A DNA stretch of 64,000 bases, taken from Chrysomallon squamiferum (taxonomy: Eukaryota; Animalia; Mollusca). This document shows positions 55,689-64,000 of this stretch, piece after piece. Within the stretch, counting starts at the first letter, position 1. Each line of letters starts with the position of its first letter. Where the stretch lies: assembly GCA_012295275.1 (NCBI GenBank), contig CM022665.1:20832001-20896000 (forward strand), written 5' to 3'. The translations under genes were made by a program, and so were the position numbers. The notes under the pieces are model-generated. The model saw only the letters and a list, made by a program, of their open reading frames with translations, was not told the origin of the DNA and searched no databases.

Positions 55689-56506
55689 TATTTATAATCT
55701 TGTTTTGGCACTTTGTAGTGTGCAGTATAATATTGATTTAAACTTTAGAAATAGTTGAAAACATATCAAACTTTGTTTATTAACTTCAAAGACACATTTT
55801 ATAACTGATTCTTTCCTTTGTATTTTTAGCATTCATGCTGACAGCAAAAAACATTGTGCTGCGCTGCAAAATGAGGCGATGGCGGATTCAAGCTTCTGGA
55901 AATCAAATTTTAATATGATAGTGTACAGGCTCTGTTAGGAGTAAGTCATATAACAACAATATATTTTAAAAACAAATATTTATAAAATAAAATAAAAATA
56001 ATTTTTCAAAGCTGAACTATATTAATTAGATTTGCTTTATAAGAATAATAATAATAAAAAAATATCAAAAATAAAATAAAATTAACACTTACCAGGTAAA
56101 TTAATAATACTTAGAAAAATATTTGTACTGGGTGATTAATATATTTTTCAGTTCATTGCTGTAATTTTTTAATGATCATTTATACTTGCAATCATTTTTT
56201 TCTTTTACTTGTTATTTTGCAGACTGAAGAAAAATATTTGAAAGGCATCATCAATGAAAAAAGAATGTAGGTGCATTTCAACAGCATCAGTAGAGTGATC
56301 ATCACCTTCCTCTTACTACAGTTAGTAATCAGTATTTAAACTTCTGTCTTCCTGTGTACCCTGTGGAGAGTTCTTGCATTGACTTCAGCATATTTCAAAA
56401 TAAAGTCTACTACAGCATGCTTATCTGTTAATTTCAATAATATTTTTGTTTATCTTTTTTGTTTTTGTTTGTGTATTTCACTCAACACCTGAACCTTTAT
56501 GTTTTA

Positions 56507-57545
56507 TCAATGTATCAACTTTCCCATGAGGTATTTGAACAAGTCCCTGCCGATTCTATAACCATGATAATAGGAATTGGTATGTAGAGCTTTTCTCACA
56601 GTTTTGCCTTTGTTGCAAGAGTTTGTAATAGAGATATAAAGATGAATCCCACACAACAATGTTGACTGGATGAAAATGTCGAGTTCCTCCCATGTCATTC
56701 TAAGATACTGGAGGCCAATTTTTAAAAATTCCACATTTAGGAATCAGGTGTGACAAGGCTGCGTATTGTTCAACTTACAAGAATATCTGCTCAGCTGGAG
56801 CAGTTTTGACTTTTCCATGCCCAGGGAAACAATTTCATCAGCTAGGTTCAATGCCATTTGTTATGAAATATCTAAAAAAGACAAGTGATTATAAGAACAG
56901 ATTGAACATTTTATCACAAAGCATGCTGTCACATTTTGTATTACATTTTGCACTAGGTCAGAATCTTGGATGCAGTTTTCTCAGACCAGCTTTTGATCAG
57001 AATTTCACTCAGTCTATTCTATAGGCTGATTTTTACTAATTATTTGTGAAATTTTCTACTGCATCACTGATTATGAAAATAGAAGGCCATCATTTTAGTT
57101 TGCTAACTTGTTGACAAGAAATTTTTGGAATGTAAAACACTTGGGAATACATTGTCAAAGAAAAAGATGTTTTCAGCAGTCAAAAATTGCTCAGAATAGC
57201 TATATGTATATCTGTGATAGCAGCAAATTCTTCATCTGACACTGGTGACATGCCTAGCCCTTTCAGGCCAGTATACATCAACCTTTATAGCATGAAAACA
57301 GTGTGCATATACAGCATTAGCCTGCTATATAATCATTGAGTATGCCTATACCATGCCTGTTGGACCTGGCTCTCATCTGTTTTTTATTAGTTATTCTGAT
57401 AGTTGTAGAGAAACGGTAATACATGCAGCTCTGGTGTGTCAGAATCCATTTCCTTGCTTAGAATATCAGTGCAGCTGGGTAGGAGTTGTCTTTAGCATTA
57501 GAAGTGGCTTCGTCATTGCTGAATTCATAACTGTCCTCATCATTT
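56507..57545 (-). pseudogene. Decayed coding-like segment, possibly death-fold (CARD/death domain) derived
   Basis: About 1 kb with balanced composition and no homopolymer runs. Broken minus-strand frames LTAENIFFFDNVFPSVLHSKNFLSTS*...RLSEILIKSWSEKTASKIL and FLKIGLQYLRMTWEELDIF...GKTVRKAL...RIGRDLFKYL. Resemblance judged by eye only. Confidence 0.3.
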
Positions 57546-58247
57546 TAAGGGATGTGCAATGAAATAATAATTTACTATCACTTCAAGATATTGCCTGTAT
57601 TTAGTTTTCATTTGGTTTAAACATTCAACAACAAAAAACATCATCAACAAAAATATTATCTGACATTTTGATGAAGAAAATAATTCAGAAACATGAAAAT
57701 AATCTTTATTGTGTTTAAAAACCCCACAAAATAACAACAACAAAAATTGTCTGTTATAATTTGGAATTGCATTTTTGTATCTTGAGCAATAGTAGTCCTT
57801 ACAGTGAGCTTCCCAAACTGCCACATTTTTTTATTTATTAAAAAAATTTAATTTAACTTTTTATTCAGTGTCCTGAACACAACTTGAAGTAGCTTAATCA
57901 GGACTTCTAAATAATAATCAAATTTTATCTGTAGTAAAAAAAAAAATGTCTTTCTTCTTCATAAAAAAATAATGGGATAAAATATTATTTGTAAAAGTTT
58001 TTCTCTTCATGTTAGAGAGAGAACAAAATTTCCTCCCTTTTTGATTATGATTATTAAGGCTTTTTTCTTAAAAAAAAAAAAAAAGAAGAAAGTTAGAAAG
58101 AAAGAAAAAAAAGAACTAACTACTTATCAAAAACTATTCAGAATCACGTGGCAAATGATAAAATAAAATAATATCACAACCAGAAATATTTTGGGTTATC
58201 TAGGTCAGCTGGATACTAGTCATTTATTATAATAATGTGTGCATAGT

Positions 58248-59900
58248 TAACTTAGTTTGTACCTTGACCCTGTAGGATATGCACATGTGACCTTTTTCAG
58301 AATATTAAATACTTTTATATATTGTGATTATCATTATATATGTATTTATGTTGATAATTTTTTTTCTTTTAATGTTTAATAATAATATTTTTTTGTACAG
58401 TTTCTTACAAGTACATATGAAAACCATTCTGTATGTTTTAATTTAAAAAAATATTTAACGAATAAATGTAATAAAAACCAAAAAAAAAAAAAGTGAGTCT
58501 TTCTCACTGGTTTATTGTGTAAAAAATTCAAAAAGTCATTCACATGCACTAAGCAAATTGAAATATGACCTGGTCAAAACAAGTCATGGGAATTTTACAA
58601 GGAACAATTTTTTTCTTCCTGGTTTCAGTTACACATTTATTGAACATAAAAAACCCTATGTAACTGTTGTATTTTATTCTTCATTATTATTATTATAATT
58701 ATTATTATTATTATTTTCATCATTATTATATTTTTATTACTATTATTTTTGTTGCTGAAGTAAATTAAGTATTAACAAAAGCCCCAAAAAAAAAAAAAAA
58801 TTAAATTAATAAAATAAAATACAAATTGGTTTGTGCATAACTGGAAAATCTTTGTTTCTTAGCCACTTTTTGTATCTTGATTGAAGTGAATATTTTCAGC
58901 AAACAGCATTATATATGTCCCTATGGACTCCTTACATTATGAAAAAACACAACATGATATTGTTTTTTGTTTTTTCAGAGCTGGATTTATTATGACTGGT
59001 TCTGTGTAATTAAAGTTCTTATTTTGTACTATTTTTGGACTTTTGCACAAGATTAAAATAAGGTAGTCAGCAGTGCTCATTTCACTGATCATAGCACCAT
59101 GGCAAAAATCTATTTAACAGCAAAGCAGGAATGCCATCAGCAATGTTATCAGGATGGGAAATAGCCAAAAAAATAAAAAATAGCTAAACAAACTGCTACA
59201 TTCATAGCTCTGGTAAAAAATATTGACAGATTGTCAAATTAGGTACCAAATTCTGAAAGCCATATTTAATGAAGTTCTAAAAGCCCCACTTTCCATATTT
59301 TTCTCAGAATTTGACAAAATACTTCAGCCAATTTTTTTGGATATTAATGTCTGCAAAAATTATGTCATCTTCCCCTGCAAATTCAACTTTGAAGTTATCT
59401 TCAATTACATTACTTGGAATTAGGAAATCATTTTCTACTGAGATCTTCAGAAATGTCTTTCACACATTTCACAGTTTAATCTCCTTGATCAGAGAAGATT
59501 CACTTCAGTGCTTTCATTTTTATTGCACATTCATGAATATTGAGGTTGCTGTTTGTAAATACGAAAGAGTGTCACTTGTTTCCAGAAGAAGGATATCCCA
59601 GAAATACAAGAAACATAAAAAGCAGTGATTGTAGAGAACTCAAGGAAAGTGATTGTAGGAAATTCAAGGATAGGTGTAATTTTTACTACTGTAAATGGCA
59701 GGAATTTATTATGCAAGGAACTAGAACACTTATTGGAAGGAAAGGAAAAAGCATAAGATTTGCCAGTTGATCATTTGGCATGTGTTAAAAACTTTATAAG
59801 TTATTGGAATTTATTTGAAAAATGATAACAAAAGGATGCAAAATATATACATAAAAAAAGAAGGTATTTTATTTAAATTTGTTCATGTTAGAAATGCTGA
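58248..59900 (+). repeat. Copy B of the duplication, in three blocks (58248-58635, 59398-59530, 59765-59900)
   Basis: Same motifs as 53031-53820 in the same order, separated by about 760 and 235 bp absent from copy A. Confidence 0.88.
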
Positions 59901-61704
59901 AATGCTGAACTCTTACCAAACAAACAAACAAAAAAAAAAAAGAAAAAAAAAAAACAGACACCAGTCACTAGACATAGTATATACCTATACCAATTCAGTT
60001 TACGCAATGACAACATTGTTATTTATAGAGATACAAGTATATTGGTTAAATGGAAAGTGTTTGGAACATCCCAGCTTTTCTGACTATCGTTTAAAGAAGG
60101 ATTTTTTGGGTAGGGATTATATAGTAAAAAGGGGCATGGTTTTCCTTTTTTCTTTTCTTTTGAGGTGGAGGAATACAATGAAAGAAATATATGGAATTAA
60201 TTTTTGTTTTGTTTTAAAGTTTGTAAAATGAAATACTGACTTATTAAGGGCACAAACCAAGAATGGTTTTTTTGTTTTCCTTAGGGTTGCTGGCATTTGG
60301 GTTGGATTGTATGCATTATAACATAGTCATCAGACTTTTAATACTGATGTCAAGACATCCATGTTCTGCTTTATAGTCTTAGGCAAAACAGGCAAAACAA
60401 TGCCAGCAGAGGACATCACCTCACCTACTTGGTAAAGGAAAATGTCTGTACATTTTGTTGAAAAGAGATTATTAAAAAAATATATTAAAAAAACATTTGC
60501 TTTATTTGAAATTAATAGAAATAAAAATAAAAAATAGTAATAATAAATAAATAAATAACAATAACAAGAATATAAATAATAATAATGACAATAACAACAA
60601 CAACATCATCATCATCATCAAAGAGAATAATAAGATTAACAACAATGGTGATGATAAGAGTAATACTGGTAAATAGGAATGTGCTCAATATGTTCCCCGT
60701 TATAATTTGCCACTGATTGCTTTTCTGCCTTCAGCCAGTTCAGAAAATAAAATAAAATAAAAAATAATTTTAAGATTTATATGTTCTGTAATGTTCCAAG
60801 AGTATGACAAAAGTAATAAAATTATTTTTAAAAAGAGCACTGCACATACAGCATGAAACTGTCAAAAAAAATAACCACACGCACACACAATAATAAAAAA
60901 ATTAATTAATAAATAATAAAAAATAAATAAAAAAAAAAATGGATGAAATGGAAAAACAGTTAAAAAATATAATAACAAATCCAGAAAGTTATATTCTTAA
61001 TAATAACAATAATAGGAAAAAAAAAAAAAATGAAGTTTATCAGAAATGACAATGTAAGACAGAAAACACACACACATAAAAAAATATTTTATAAATCTGT
61101 TGCTTAGGTTCCAGAATTACATAAAATAAATCAGAACTTTTACACAAACAGATCCTTTTTGTTTTAACAATAAAACATTTTTTTTTCCTTTTATTTATTT
61201 ATTATTATTATTATTTTTTTTAATTAAAATTGATTTTATTTTTATTGCATAAAAACACAACCTTATTAAAACATACAAACAAAAAAATAAAAAACGTGTG
61301 TGTGAAGAAGAGAAAACTAAAATGTATATATTCCTATAAAGTAAATATTTTCCTAAGGTTCATTTAAAAATATTATTATTTTACTTATAGACAGGAATAT
61401 TACTACATTGGGATTTACTCACTGTTAAAATCAATTATAATAAGAGTAGGGAAAACAGTGGAAGAAACTTATTAACAAGGGACCAAATCTTTTGTCAAAT
61501 GTATTTTTTGTACATGCATAAGTACTAACCTGCATATATAATTATACATACATACAAGGTGTATGTGTGTGGGTTTTTTTTTTTTGTTACTTTGCACAAA
61601 ATAATACAAAACAAACAATACATCAGGATTTATATATATTTATATAAAATATATTGTCATTAATTATACAATTAGTAAGAAAAAATAATATTTCAGTAAC
61701 AAGT

Positions 61705-62050
61705 AATATGTTAAATGGTGTTCATATCAGAATCCTGTGTATCTCTATTGATTCATAGTCCCTCTTGAGTATCCTGTATGTGTTAAATGGTGTTCATTTT
61801 AGAATCCTGTGCATTGTTTTGGCATAACCTATATTGATTCAGTCCATCCTGAATATCCTATGTTATGTTAAATAGTGTTCTTTATTAGTTCTGTGTGTCT
61901 GTATATACTGATTTATAGTCCACTTTTCAGTACCCTAAATTATGTTAAACAGTGCCAGTATTAGAGTCCTATGTATATATTGACAGATAGTTGATCATGA
62001 GTATTCTACATTCAATTATGTTCATATTAGAGTCTTGTGCGTCTACTTAC
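61705..62050. repeat. Tandem repeat, about 75-bp unit x5
   Basis: Recurrent atgttaaatggtgttcat..tagaatcctgtg...tattgatt.atagtcc...tga.tatcct. Confidence 0.8.
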
Positions 62051-62549
62051 TGACTCGGAAGTCTAACAGAAAACATTTACAGGATGACCTGTGTAGAATT
62101 ATTATTTTAAATACAATTATTATCTGTTTCTTGTCATGAAAAAAGTGTGGTTAGTTTGCCATTTACATCCTAATTAAAATGTCATGATATATATCTGCCA
62201 GTTGTGTATTTAATGTTGTTCTCTATAATTGACAAAATACATGGAAAAAATAAAAATATTAATAAGAAGAAGAAGAAGAAGAAGAAAAATAATATGAAAG
62301 ATTTAAAAAGTGATTAAAAACCTATATTAAAAATGTTCAAGTGAATTAAAACATTTGTGATGTCTTGGATTATAATACATACATTTTTTCTTCTATGTTC
62401 TTTGACACAATGTGAAGAGGATTTATAAACTGAAGTGACTTTAGTTCTTTTTTCTTCTTAAGGAAGGAAAACAAAACTAATTAAAGTGCTGCTGTCAGCT
62501 TGTATTTGTTATTTTAAATTTCTATGGCCATCAAGACATAACCGAATAA

Positions 62550-62588
<39 letters not shown>

Positions 62589-63480
62589 AAATAAATAAAT
62601 GGAATCAAAACAAGAATAAAAACATTATTTTTTTATTTTTAACTTAAACAATTATAATAATTTAAAAATTCATATTCACAAATTTTTTGACTGATACTAT
62701 ATCAGCTGTCAGATCTTAAAACCAGAAATTTACCCTAACAGCAAAAAAAAAACAACAACAAAAAACAAACATTTATGTTATTGCACCATGTAAAAATATG
62801 TAAATTCAAAAGCATTTCATATAAAATAATTTAAATACAAAATGTTTATAAATCTGGTGTATTTGAATTATATAAAATTATTTAAAATATAGATTTAAAA
62901 ATATTTGTGTAGCCATTTACAAGTACATATATCAATGATTCTGAAATTATTTCAATATATTAATAAAATCACAAAGCACATATTAACACCAATTTTCTAA
63001 TTAAAAAATGGTTTTATTAAAATTATTTGCTAATTGTTTTGTATATATATATATATATGATTACTTATATTAACACCTGTTCTCTAATTATAAATGTATG
63101 TAATAATAAAACCTTTTGAACTAAAAAACTAACAAAAAATAAATGTTTAATTAATAAACATCAGCATACATCTGTATGTATTAACCTATACTAACCTTTA
63201 GTAAACAAATCATTTTTGTTGAACTGTCAAATATTGTGATTTCTCAATAAATCAACATGACTAGCTATTATGATAAAAGAATTTATCAATGTACAAGCAG
63301 AATAAATATTAAAAAAATGTTAAAAATTTTGGTAACAATATATATACACACTATTATTATACTGGTTGTTACTGTTACTACTATTGTTGTTGTTATGTTT
63401 TGCTAAACATTAAAAAAATTTATGACAAATTTATGACAAATATTTTTTTTTATTTATAAATTGTTTTAATTTTTAATTTA

Positions 63481-63531
<51 letters not shown>

Positions 63532-63885
63532 TATTTTCATTTATTTTTTTATTTATTTATTTATTTATTTTTTTGTACCCTTTTTCACCAATAAATAAGA
63601 ATGTATGTACAAAGATTTTTGCAGTAATTAATTAGGTAGGAAAATAATTATAATTATCGAGAGAATGAAGTGGAATGTAGTTCATTTGAGCAAAGTACAG
63701 TGATGAACCAGCAATATATTTTAATTAACTTCAAGAAAGTATTTTTAAATAATAATAATAATAAATAAAAACAACAGAACCCAATTAATTCATTTCTCTA
63801 TCCTCTGAGATAAATAAAATTATTATAAAGAGCATTCTTCTCTATTCTCTTTATCTTTTTATGTTTTGGTTTTCATCATCTGTTC

Positions 63886-63955
<70 letters not shown>

Positions 63956-64000
63956 TTTTTTTTTTTTTTCCTGAAATAAATATTTTCTATTAAAGGACGT

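Noticed and set aside
59223-60231. Cluster of overlapping 60-138 aa ORFs as a gene
   Set aside because: No recognisable domain, poly-K from A-runs, and overlap with a decayed duplication.

Overview
Very AT-rich, microsatellite-laden animal genomic DNA. A lophotrochozoan such as a mollusc is inferred from protein style only; this is not prokaryotic DNA. Two intron-containing genes converge. On the + strand is a STAR-family RNA-binding gene (quaking/QKI, held-out-wings/How orthologue) whose first, QUA1-coding exon lies upstream of the window. On the - strand is a complete 8-coding-exon cathepsin L-like protease (362 aa) with a CpG-richer promoter near 52.5 kb. The best candidate for an undescribed system is the QKI splicing architecture. 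The QUA2-coding exon is tandemly duplicated (21040-21139 and 21199-21316, 59 nt apart) in a way that forces mutually exclusive use. Downstream are a frame-preserving 87-nt cassette exon with a GC donor whose branch point is itself a QKI-binding element, up to five alternative C-terminal tails, and a distal 3' exon rich in ACUAAC motifs. Together these suggest an autoregulatory isoform switch. Also present: an internally deleted Tc1/mariner element, a Tc2/pogo-like MITE, a diverged local duplication with asymmetric CpG decay, a decayed coding-like segment, and many degenerate intronic tandem repeats. All exon calls come from manual translation and splice-signal reading, with no transcript data.
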